From: Raillietiella orientalis
Lineage: Eukaryota
Direction of reading: 5' to 3'
DNA: 64,000 nucleotides
NCBI GenBank assembly: GCA_036172245.1
Contig: JAYWIR010000015.1
Coordinates: 1,488,001 to 1,552,000, forward strand
Positions 40,501 to 51,331 of the stretch are shown here, piece after piece. The notes below the pieces were generated by a model that saw only the letters and a program-made list of their open reading frames with translations, ran no database searches and was not told the DNA's origin. Both the position numbers and the translations under genes were made by a program. Each line of letters starts with the position of its first letter. The stretch's first letter is position 1.

Positions 40501-41304
40501 CCAATGTCGGCTGCTACGGGCGACCGAGGAAGTGTCGGCGGCGTCTCACCTGCCGGAGCCACCGGCCCTGAAGGTGGGCGGCGCTCGAGCGCCGAGCCCG
40601 CCTCGCCCAACCCCAGGGACGGAGCCGTTAAGGCGAGCAGGGGAAGGTCGCGACCTCTCCTGGAGACCCTCCCGGCCGTCGGCGCCCACCTCGACGGTGG
40701 TGGCTAACGACTCCGGTCGAGATCCCGTAGGTGCGGTTCCGTACGAAGAGCTTCTGGGCAGGGGACGCCTGGAATAACCGACGGAGGGCATGGGAACCCG
40801 TTACGCTAGGGCCCGCAGCTCCGTTCCCCCCCTCCTCGACTCGTTCCCTGTAGACTGATGGGGACTCTGCTCCGACTTCCGGTGTGCCCTCGCGTCCAGG
40901 GCGGCGGGGGATCCGCCCATCGCTAGGCAACGTGGCGGAGAAAGAGCTTCCCCCCCCCCCCCCCCCGCAGGAGCCTTGGTCTCTTTTCGCCGGCTGCCTC
41001 CTTTCGCGGGTGTTGCGCAAACCGTGGCGCGTCGGCACAGGCGAGTCCGAGGGGGGAGGGAAGGGAGGGAGACAGCTGAGCACACTCCGCCTCCAGGGAG
41101 AGAGGGAAGGAGGAGTGAAGATGGAATGGAGCTGTCTTGTATGGGGGCTCTTAGGGGCTGGGGTCCGAGACTCTGCCGTCCGAGTGCCCCTTCCACCCCA
41201 ACGACCGGTCCGCGCCGCGCCCGCCATTCTGCCCGGGAGATCAGCGCGGGGGTTCCTCCTTTGTTACGACCCCCCGGGGCGACCAAGCAGAATAGCCGCT
41301 TTTC

Positions 41305-41688
41305 CAGTGGGTGGCACCGAGGTGGCGGACCGCCGGACGTCCCTTCCCAGTAGGGAGAAATAGCTCTGAGTCGAATTGAGCCCTCGCGGAGCCCTCGAAG
41401 GGCAGGTGACGCTGTCTTCCCCGCCTTCCCTCTTCCTACAAGGGCACAGGAGGGACCACATGCCCCGCTCGGGGGGGCAGGCAACGGTCTCCTCTCCTCT
41501 TCAGGGGGGGAGGACCCGTGGGGACAGACAACCCGTCCTTCCCGTGGGACCCCCACCTGCGTCGCGGGCAACACGAGCGAGGAGAGGGGCTCCAGCGAGC
41601 CCCCGGGTTTTCGGGGCTTTGGGGACCCGAGACGGGAAGGGAAGGGCGACGGTGCACCTTACCCGCGAAGTGGGGCGAGAAGGGGCAG
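41305..41688 (+). repeat. About 380-bp repeat, left arm of an inverted pair with 45152-45535
   Basis: For example, ccgtccttcccgtgggacccccacctgcgtcgcgggcaac...gggacccgagacgggaagggaagggcgacggtgcaccttacc is the reverse complement of 45177-45306 with few mismatches. Confidence 0.85.
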
Positions 41689-42599
41689 CTCCCGCGCTCC
41701 TCCTCCTCCTCCTCCAGATCCCCTGTCGTGGATCGTCCCCGCTGCTCGCGTCTCCCCCGCGCGAAGAACCGACCGGGCAACGCGGAAGACAGCAATTCGA
41801 ACGGGGGAGGGGGCGGGGTGGGAGGGGCGAGTTCGGCCATCGCCGGAAGTGAAAGCGGCTTGAGGAAGAGACGGAGGAGGGGGAGGAGTAGCGCACGGTT
41901 TCGAAAGGTCAGGCCGGGGGGGGGGGAATGCGCGCCCAGCGGCTGGAGGACGCCTGAAGGAGAAAGGGAGGGAGTCGACGAAGCGCGCGAGCTCCCCTTC
42001 GCGGGAGGAGGAGGGGGAGGAAACTACAGAGTTTGGCGGCCCGGGAAGGAAGGACACCGGAGCGAGCCCTCTCAAGCGCTGCCTTCCAGGCGCACCCTCT
42101 CAAGAAGCCGCCTCCGGGAATGCCCGGAGCGTGCGGATGGCGAGCTGGTCGGGAGAGGACTCCCGGCGGGAACACGGCGCTTCCCCGGAGCAGCGGCGGA
42201 GGCTCCTGGCGGGCGCTCCGCGACTCCAGCCCGCCGGTGTGGCCGAGGGAGGTGGTTATCTCCAAGACCGCGCTCTCTTTTCCCTTCACCTCCGGTGACC
42301 GCCGCGCCGGCCGGTTCGCGAGAGAATCACGCGGCTGCCGGAAGGCCGCCCCAATCGCCTCCTCCCCTCATCCCCCTCCGAGTTCCGTGAGTCGAGGTAC
42401 ATGCGGGCAGGAAGGTCGCGGGACGTCGCCGCGGCTTCCGGGAACACCGCGCGATGTCGGGCGGGCCGATTGGGGCGGTTCGAAAGGAGCGCTGTTCTGC
42501 GTTTAGGCTCAATGCGAGGGGAGAGGAGGGGAGTGGGGAGTTGCTGCTCGGCAACCGGCTCGCCTTCTCCACCGGGGGCGAAAGGGGAGAAGGGGCGCC

Positions 42600-42810
42600 A
42601 AAAGAGGGCGGAGCCCTCTTCAGCTTCCGGGAGGACTGCTTTTTCTCGTCCGCCCCTTCGCTGGGAAGGGGCAGCTCTCACGGTCCAGCTCGTCCCGGTG
42701 GCGACCTGCCGGTCAGGTGGGAACTGCTGTCCTCCCTGCCCCCCTCTTCTCTCTGCAGTGACTGCACAGGCAGGAAGGACGGCCCTCCTGCGCCTACCCG
42801 CCCCCTACCC
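42600..42810. repeat. Third, more diverged partial copy of the same repeat family (direct to about 45410-45650)
   Basis: gctgggaaggggcagctc...cccggtggcgacct...tgtcctccctgc..ccctcttctc...gactgcacaggcaggaagga matches gctgggaagaggaagctc...cccggtgacgacct...tgtcctccctgctctcctcttctc...gactgcgcaagcaggaagaa. Confidence 0.65.
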
Positions 42811-43849
42811 CTCTTCTCTCTCGCACTTCCCGCGTCTCCGCGTCCGCCCCTCCCACCCCTGAAGGGCATCGTCCTTTCCTTCCCACTCACCCCGGAACTG
42901 GGCGATCATCGCAGCTGCTCTGTGGCCCCCTCCAGCTTGGAAGACCCGACGCGCCGGGTCCACCTGCGCCGGCGAGGAGTCGATTCGGAGGCCTCAGGAG
43001 GATTGACCCTCACCCCGGGGCGTGGGCCTGGAGGCACCTTCGCGGCCCGGTCGGGTGACCGCCGCTCTTCTTCGCATCCCGGACCCTACGGGGCTAATTC
43101 GGGGGGCGGCGACCTGGAAGCTCGGGTGGGCCGGAGACTGCCGGACGGAGGAACGCTTCCGCCCTACAAAGGAGGGACGCGGAGTATCCACGGCAGCGCG
43201 CCCGGCTCGACGGCCGGGCCAAGCGCAGAAGACGGCGAGGATGGAGTGAGGAGCAGAGGGATGCCCTGCAAGATCACGCCGATCGCTCCTGAGACCCATG
43301 CTGGAGGGTCTGGATGCTGGAGAAGATGCCTCCGAGGCACGGAGCCGGAAAGGGGGGGGATTGCACGGATCCGTGGAGATGGGGGAGGGGGAAAACAATA
43401 GTCTCCCGGCAGGGGGTCCGGGAGTGTCGCCCATGCTTGCTTAGCCCTCCGGGGGAGGCAGGAGGCTCAGGTGGGTCCTGGGAGTGTCGGACCGCTCGGA
43501 GGCAGAAGTGCGGCGAACCGGCGATGCGGTCACCAGAGCAAACCCCTCCCACGCGCGCCCGCGGAACCGCTCGGTCGCGCCCCGATGAGGGTCAGCGCGC
43601 CCCCAGGGCTCGCTCCTTCCGCCCGAAGCCACCTGCTGCCGCAGGCACGCGCGCCCAGAATGCCCAGCTTGGGCCTCCGCGCCGCCGCTTCTTCAGGGAA
43701 ATCCGGGAGCCATCCAAGGAGCGAGTGGAACGGGTTCCACCCCTGCGCTCCCCGGGACAGGGTCCAAAAAAAAAAACAGGAAGGGGAGGGAGGAAGAACC
43801 ACCTAAAAAGGGAGCTTTGCCTGAAGAAAATGGTGCTCCCCTCCTTCCG

Positions 43850-44420
43850 GAGGAGACAATTGGCCGCCGAACCTTCCTCCTCTCCTTCAGAGCTCCGCCA
43901 TCTTGGAAACATGCGAGAGCTTCCAGGACTCCGGAGGCTGCAGAGCAGAGCTGGACCCGCACTTGAGGGACATCCATTGGCTCCCTGATCATACGCCTCC
44001 CCTCCCTTCGAGGGCCTGCTCAGTCACCCCCAAGGGATGAGTCTCACCACCACCCCTTGAGGCTGCCGGTTGCCACTCAGCTGACCCTTTTTCATCACCC
44101 AGGCGAGCTCAACGAGGATCGCAACAGGAGAAGGAAGGCTCCTCTCTGGAGACCGCTCTCCACTGTCCAGGAGAGCCGCTCACCATATTCGCTGCTGCGG
44201 TCGTCCTCAGGTGTAAGGCGGCTATGTCACCGAAACCGCCTCAGGACAACTGGCGGCAGATTGCAGGCGGACCAGTGGGAAGCTACCCCGTTTCTTCCCT
44301 TCCCATCCCCTTTGATTCATGTCCTCCGGAGGATGGTCCAGGCCTTCCCTATTCATCTACTGCCCCAGTCCCCGTCCTCTCCGGTCAGGGTTGCCAGAGA
44401 GGGGCGGCGCCCCCTTCGAC
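43850..44420 (+). mobile_element. Decayed ORF1-like fragment of a non-LTR retrotransposon
   Basis: LPVATQLTLFHHPGELNED...STVQE..YSLLRSSSGVRRL followed, after a frameshift, by IAGGPV. This resembles the second RRM of L1/Tx1 ORF1. It shares gagctcc(c)gccatcttg with a minus-strand fragment at about 37500. Confidence 0.4.
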
Positions 44421-45151
44421 CCCTGAAGGAGGTGGACCCCTCTGGGATGAGTTTCTTCTTTTCTGTCCTGCACCGCCGAACCGCGCTCTGGCGTCGGGGA
44501 AGCTGCGCCCTCCTGGGTCGAAACCCACGGGGCCGTCAGGGGCGCACCAACGACGGTTCGGAAGAGCGCCATCCAGGGAACTCCCGCGTCGCGTGGATGG
44601 ATGAGAGGGAAGTCTCTACCCCGCGACGGCCCCACGGACCACGCGGACACCCTCGCCCGCCTTGGGGGCTCTCGAGCTGGCTGTGACCGGGTGCCGGGCC
44701 ACCGCGTCCTCTGCCGTCGAATCTGTAGTTCTGAGTCCGCACGCCGCGCCTTCAAGCGATGGTGCGCGTGCGATGTGGGACATCACTCTGAGGACGGGGG
44801 GGCAGCACCCCTGCTCGGAGATTTTTCTTGTCGGCGCCCGGGGCGGTCATCGCGTGCTTCGTGGCCACGGTGGGCATGCATCCACTGCCATCGCATCCCC
44901 TGCCTTCTCCTTCCCTTGGGGGAGGAGAGGCATCTGGTCTGTCGCGAGACGCGCCGCAGCACCGGAAGATGCACGAGGAGCGCCCACGACAATTCCGATG
45001 GCACCGGCGTGCCTCTGGAGCAGACTCTCGAGGGGCGCGTTCGCTCCGGGACGCAGGTCGTCCGGTCATGTCTCCTCAGGGGTCCCGACCTACGAGAAGA
45101 CGAGATCCCCGGATGTTGAAGGAAGGAGGGACGTCTTGGCTCGGCGGCAGG

Positions 45152-45535
45152 GCGCCCCTTCTCGTCCCACTCCGCAGGTAAGGTGCACCGTCGCCCTCCC
45201 CTTCCCGTCTCGGGTCCCGAAGACCCCGAAACCCGGGGGCTTGCCGGAGCTTCTCTCTGCGCTCGCGTTGCCCGCGACGCAGGTGGGCGTCCCACGGGAA
45301 GGACGGATTACCTGTCCCCATGGATCCTCCCCCCGGAAGAGGAGAGGGGACCATTGCCTGCACCTCCAAGCGGGGCATGCGATCCCTCTTGTGCCCTTGC
45401 GGACAGGGGGAAGGCGGAGAGGGCAGCATCACCTGCCTTACGAGGCTCCGTGAGGGTCCAATCGGACTCAGTACCATTACTTCCTGCTGGGAAGAGGAAG
45501 CTCGCGCGGTCTGCCTCTTCCCTCCCACCCGGTGA
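45152..45535 (-). repeat. About 380-bp repeat, right arm of an inverted pair with 41305-41688
   Basis: Its reverse complement aligns with 41305-41688, roughly 85% identical in the core by eye. Confidence 0.85.
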
Positions 45536-48500
45536 CGACCTTCTGGTTGGGATACGGACGGACCCCCCCTGTCCTCCCTGCTCTCCTCTTCTCCCGACGG
45601 CGACTGCGCAAGCAGGAAGAACAGCTTCTCCGCGCCTATTCCCTACCCCTCTCCTCGCTCCCACTTCTTTAGCCGTACAGTTAGAGACCTCCCGCATAGG
45701 AGCTCCCGGATATTCCGTGACCCCCGGTGAAGTAGGTCAGACCCTCTCCACGCTCCAGACTTCCTTTCCTGATGCCAATCAGCGCCCGCGTGAAAGCTTC
45801 AGTGCATCATCCCTTCGCGGGCACGTGATGCGCCCATGGCAACGATCGCTTCGCGTGCCCAGGCTTCCCTCCGCCGCCGCCGCATCTGCTGCGAGCCCGC
45901 GGGGCGGCACGGAGGCAGCTAAGCTGACCCCGAGGGCCCCCACTTCCCTAAAGTGTTGGCCCCCCGGCACCTGAGTCTCGAGATCGAAGCAGCGGTCTCG
46001 CTGTACTGAAATCGCTCAGAGTGGTAGGGGGAAGGGGGCAGTCGCCGCGTTTCGGTTGCGACGACGTGTGTGGGGTGGATCGACCGCAGTTTGGCAACAC
46101 GCCATCCCCGTCAACAGCCCTCCCGAGAAGCCTTCCGCAACCCTCGGGCAGCGACTGAAGCTGCATCCTTACGGCAACTTCAGCCTCTGTTGCCGAACAT
46201 GGCTGCCGTCTTCATTGTTGGCATGGTTACAGCCGCTCTTGCTGACAGCTGAAACCACCGTTGTTGAGCACAACTAGATCCATTGTTGCCTTGGTCTTTA
46301 TACCAGGAGCTCCAGCCATTGTTTGCGGCGCATCTGCGTCATTGCAGCCATTGTCGATGGCCTCCCTGCGTTCCCGTTGCCAGCAGGGTTGCCACCATTG
46401 TCGAAGATGCAGCTGCAGTCGTCGTGGACGGCATTCTCTCAGGGAGCGCTGCTGCTGATGGTCGCGACCGTTGTTGCCAACGCGCCGCAGCCGTAGGTCC
46501 CCCTGCGGCGCGCGCACATCTTCCCGCTTTTCCCATGATGCTTGCCGCTGCCCTCCCGAGGTCGATCTCTCTGTCTCCGTTCTGGGAGCCGGAGAGGAGC
46601 GCGGAAAAAGTGACCCCGGCCCACCTCCGCAAGCTGCTGTAATCGCCTATTTCCGCGGATCTCTACCGCTACCCACATGGCGACCCATTTTCGCGGACCG
46701 TTCCCCCGTGGCAACCCGTTGAATGATCGCGCTCGCGGTAAAGCGCGGGTCTGCTTCACAGCTCATTGGCGATGGACAAGCAGGGCAGCGGTGGTTCTGG
46801 CAGTGAGTGTAGGTCCAGAGGCTCCTCCTCCTTCTCTTCCCGAGTGGGGAGTCCCGGAAGAGGACAAGTGAGGAGGAAGAAGCGGAAGAGATGCCAGAAG
46901 AGCGGGACACGTACCTCGCCGCGATCCGTTTCAGGTCAGGAGGGCCCGTTCACTTCTGAGGTCGAACCCGAAGTCCCCCTCCGCTCTCACCGTCCCCCTT
47001 CCTCGACGTCAGCTCTCTACCGGGAAACCTCATGCGCGTTCCTCGCCCGTTTTTTCCCCCTCCCTGCTTGGTCCAGTTTTGTTGCTGCTCTCCCTGGACA
47101 TTGATTCGGGATACTCTTCCCCTCTTCCTGCCCCTGCCCGCTTCCATGATCCTTCGATAACAGAATCGGCCCCCGTCTTTTTCTCCTGCTTTTGTCTTTG
47201 CCTTTCCCGTTTTTCTCTTTGTTTGCACAGACCCGCGAGCAGCGCTCACGCGCACCAACAAAAACCCGAAGCGCTGTTTACTGGTGCGTTGCATAGCGCA
47301 GCTTCGCGCTTTTGCTGAAGACGACGCCTCTCCCAGGAGCTCCTGCCTTCCTCCTCCTCCTCCTCTTTCAACCGCTCTTCTCTCTCCACTCGCAGTCCGC
47401 TCGAGCTTCTCCTGCAGAAGCTGCCTCATGGTTCTCCGGGCATTGCCCCCCACCTTTCTCCCAACGGCGAAATTCGAGGGAGGAGCGAGAGGAAGAGGGA
47501 CAGCAGGCAAGGCGTCCCTTTGAGTGCATCTCTCGCTCTCGAACTCCAGGGAGCTCCAGCGCCTTGGAGGATGCGGGACGGGGAACGAAGGCAAGGGTTC
47601 CCGACGGTCCCTGGCCGGAAAGGGGTACTTTTCTTCAGAGGTCTCTCTCTCCTCTCCAACCTTTCCGACTTCCCGAAGACCGGAACTTTCAGGGAAAGTT
47701 GGCCCCAAGGCATCGCTCCTGGGCGCCCTCCAGGAGCGCGCGCACTCGCATTTCCATTGGTCTCTCTTTCCCCTTTGCCGGGGGGAGGATCCGGAAGCAC
47801 TTCTGACCCTTTGATCCCCTCCTCCCGCACAAACTCGCCATCCCGAGATCTGCTGCGCTCACTCCCGCGGTCGCAGACCGCCGCCATCTTCGAGCTTGGA
47901 GTTCGAGTTGTTGGGAGACTCCTCCCTCCCCCGAGGAGAAAAGAAGGTGAAGGTTGGGAAGGGGGGGGGAAGAGACTCCATTTTTCTGTCCCTCTCCAGG
48001 CACTCCATTGTTTCTCCCTCCCCGCTCAAAGCAGGGGGATGGGGGAGAGGGACGACAGCATCACCCACCGAAACGGCGGAGCGGCCAACCAAGGTGCATG
48101 GATGATCCCTGCAGGCTCTGAACCGCTTTCTCCCGCTGGTGCATGAGGGCACGAGCGTGTCTTCCGCTTGCAGGGGAGCAAGGGCGTGAGCTGCTGCTCC
48201 TCACACCGCCAGACGAACTGCAAAGGGACAGCGTTCGTTAGCGGCAGCTAACTCAGTGGTGACATCACTCCCGCGCGGGGCGACACGATTGGGCCTGGAC
48301 AAGGGTTCTTCCTCCTCTCCAGGGGGACTTCAAGACAAGCAGGATGTGGAAGTAGAAGAAGAAGGCCCTCCTTTCTTCCCCTCTCTCTTCCCTCCCTATT
48401 CAGGTGCGTGACTCAGCGACCTCGGAAAGCCCCCACTCCTCCTCACGGGACGCGAACGGTGGGCCAGAAGCGGTTGTCGTTCGGCAGGCCAGGGGGGGGA

Positions 48501-49768
48501 CCGCGAAGGGAAGGGGAGGCAGGAGGACGCCTACTCTGCCACCTGAGGGGAGCTTTTCTCGCTGCTCGAGATGCCTTCTGGGTCACGTACCCCTCTGTGT
48601 GTGGGAGGGGAGAGGGTCAGAGTGGGGGCGTATTCCGCGTGCGCGGTCGCGCCGGCGAAGGGCGAGGCGACCACCTCCTCAGGAGGAAGTGGCCGCCTCC
48701 CCTCGGCCATCGGCGCTGCGCCCCAACGGACTAAACCTCCTCATCTCGGAGAAGGGCACTTCTGGTTTCTGCTCTGACCTCCGGCCCATCGGAGCGACCT
48801 TCTCCTGACCTCCCCGGGAGAGGAGGCCTCACCGCCAGCTCAGCCACCGCCTTTTCCTCGCCGCGTATAGGCAACGGCTGTTGCCAGGAGAGGGGGAACC
48901 CCGGGCGTAAAACGTCGCCCCCCCCCGTCCCTATGGAAACTACCTCTCGTTCTTGCCGTTTACTTGCTTGCCACACTCCTGGCCGTCTGTCCCGAGAGGC
49001 GGTGGACTTCTGGAACATCCCCAAAGGAAAGGAAGGGTCCCTCTCGTCCCTTACCCCACCGCCACGGAGACCGGAAGCGTGCGGACGACTCGATAGCCGG
49101 AAGGGGGGAAGCGGGAGGAGGCTGCATGTGGAAGTGTCTGTCCTCGGTGGAGGGGGAGGACAGAGGGATCGAGAGGGCCCGGAACCCGGGGCTGGAGCTG
49201 GCTCCGTCGCCGTGAGCGACGCTCCTGTGGAAGGGAGCGGAAAATCCGGCAGTCTTCATCCGGGACGGGGGAGCGCGCCCCCGACTCCTTCTCCCCCTCC
49301 CCCTCCGATCTTCAAATGTCCCGGAAGCGTTCGGGAGGGGCAACGGCTCTTCGCTCGGGAAGCAAGGGCACTTTCTCAGGGTTCCGGAGGTCGACCCGGA
49401 TGTGACCTCGAGCCATCCAGTTCAGAGCGGTCCGCATATCCTCGGTCTCAGGCGCCCCATCCGTCCACGAGGGGAATTCCATTCTTGGCAGAAGAGGTGA
49501 GGCGGCCCCGCGGGCGCGCAAGAGGGCCATCCGCCACGCCGCCCTCCGATGCGCCCGAGCGGCGCGCTCATCGGAGGCTCATCGAGGGCGGACGAGAGAG
49601 CGAACGGGGTCGCCCGAGGGAACTTTCGCTTTCCGGGCAACGCCCCTTTCACTTTCGGAGAACGTTTCTTCCCGAGAGACATCTTTGGATGACCCACATT
49701 CAGGTCAAGCGCGGCTCGGGTCTCCGCGTCCGCGACGGCGACGTGGACGCGCGCGGATGGGCGGGAGC

Positions 49769-49776
49769 TATAAATA
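49769..49776 (+). promoter_or_regulatory. TATA box of the C-type lectin gene
   Basis: TATAAATA is an isolated AT island in GC-rich sequence, about 320 bp upstream of ATG 50093. Confidence 0.65.
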
Positions 49777-50092
49777 GCCGCGGGAGCGGGCGCGCCGCGG
49801 ACAGACGACCTCTCTCGCCCTGCCGGTGAAGCTGCGCGCGCGCATCCCCGTGGAAGCACTGAACGGCGGCGTCCGCTCAGTGGGTCAGCAACAGCAGCAG
49901 CAGTGGGTGGTGCTGCGTCCCCTCCTCCTCCCTACTGCGTTCAGTCTCCGTGCTTTCCTCTTCCCCTCCCCCCGTTCCCCCGACTTCGCCGTTCCCTCCT
50001 TCGCTCCCGAAGAGGAAGAGGAGGAGGACGAGGAAGTGAGCACCGTCACCGCCGGGGCAGTCGCCCGAAGAGGAGGTGCCTCTTTTCCCGGT

Positions 50093-50947
50093 ATGCTGAC
50101 GAGGATGAGGAGCAGCAGCGGCGGCAGGCCCGCGCTGCCTTGGTGGGAGACTCTGGGCGTGCTGGCGCTGGTGACCGCGGCCTGCTGCGAGCCCCTGCGG
50201 CTGGTGCTGCGCCCCAAGCCCGAGCACTGCCGCAAGCGCATCCTGCACGACCGCAAGATCTTCGGCAACAAGGAGCACTACTACTTCTTCAGCTGGCTGC
50301 ACGTGAGCTCCAGGCACCTGCAGGTGGACTGGCTGGACGCCCGCAACATATGCCGCATCCACTGCATGGACGCGGTCTCCATAGAGACGCCGGAGGAGAA
50401 TGACTACATTACTAGCAAGATGGTGCAGTACGGCGTCCCGTACATCTGGACCAGCGGGAGGAAGTGCAACTTCCGGGGCTGCCGGCGGGCCGACCTGTTT
50501 CCCCTGTCCATCAACGGCTGGTTCTGGGCCGGTTCCGGGGCGAAGATGGGACCGACGAACGACCCGACGGCGGGCAACTGGAGCCCCTCGGGCGGCATTG
50601 GGCTGCCTCAGCCGGACAACCGGGGCTTCCTCTTCGGCGACGAGGACGAGGAGGAGGCGTGCGTGGCCGTCATGAACAACTTCTACAACGACGGGGTCAA
50701 GTGGCACGACGTGGGCTGCTACCACGAGAAGCCGTTCGTGTGCGAGGACAACGACGAGCTGATCGACTTCGTCGAGTCCAACGGGGGCAGCGTCAAGGGC
50801 GTGACCTTCGACAGGGACGTCCTCACGGCCCCCGTGCCTATTGTCGGACCCGTCACCTTCGACGGTGGCAACAACACGCTCTCGTCCGATGGGTCCGCCC
50901 CCGCCCACTTCCACAGGAGACCACCTCCCTTCAGCTTCTTCGTCTGA
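50093..50947 (+). CDS. Secreted C-type lectin (arthropod single-CTLD type, QPD motif), 284 aa, intronless
   Basis: ATG 50093 (the alternative is 50105), then a hydrophobic signal peptide (WWETLGVLALVTAACC). The domain reads HYYFFSW..VDWLDARNICRIHCMDAVSIETPEEN..YIWTSGRKCNF.GC..NGWFWAGSG..QPDNR..CVAVMNNFYNDGVKWHDVGCYHEKPFVCED, which is diagnostic of the insect/crustacean CTL subfamily. Strong GC3 codon bias. Confidence 0.95.
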   Translation: MLTRMRSSSGGRPALPWWETLGVLALVTAACCEPLRLVLRPKPEHCRKRILHDRKIFGNKEHYYFFSWLHVSSRHLQVDWLDARNICRIHCMDAVSIETPEENDYITSKMVQYGVPYIWTSGRKCNFRGCRRADLFPLSINGWFWAGSGAKMGPTNDPTAGNWSPSGGIGLPQPDNRGFLFGDEDEEEACVAVMNNFYNDGVKWHDVGCYHEKPFVCEDNDELIDFVESNGGSVKGVTFDRDVLTAPVPIVGPVTFDGGNNTLSSDGSAPAHFHRRPPPFSFFV

Positions 50948-51325
50948 GGACCCGCGCCTGTACCACCCTTCCCCCCCATCCTCCCCACGCGCTCTCGCGC
51001 GCACGCACGCATGCACGCGCACGTTCCCCTCCCTCCCTTTCTCCCTTTTCACACCGATACGTTGTGGACGCTCCGAGCGGGACGCGGAGCAGCAGTAGCA
51101 GCGAGTGGGGGAGGGAGAGACGACGACTCCCCCTCCCTCTTCTCCTTCCTTTCCCCCGGTTCCCCACCCCCCTCCTCCACATGCACACACGCACGAGCGT
51201 ACGCGCGCACACCATCCCTTCCTCTTCCTTCTCCTCCCCTCCCTTACCCCCCCACGCCCGTACCCGCACCCGCGTCGCCTTCTGCGCCCCCGCCCCGGCG
51301 ATGCGCACTCGCTGACGACACATTC

Positions 51326-51331
51326 AATAAA
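51326..51331 (+). terminator. Polyadenylation signal of the lectin gene
   Basis: First AATAAA after the stop codon (about 380 nt downstream), in otherwise GC-rich sequence. Confidence 0.6.

Noticed and set aside
49826..50092. N-terminal 89-aa extension of the lectin in the ORF track
   Set aside because: Starts at GTG and is low-complexity. The first ATG followed by a signal peptide is at 50093, so this is probably 5' UTR.
49877..51190. 437-aa minus-strand ORF
   Set aside because: Antisense shadow of the GC3-rich lectin CDS, with no recognisable protein features.
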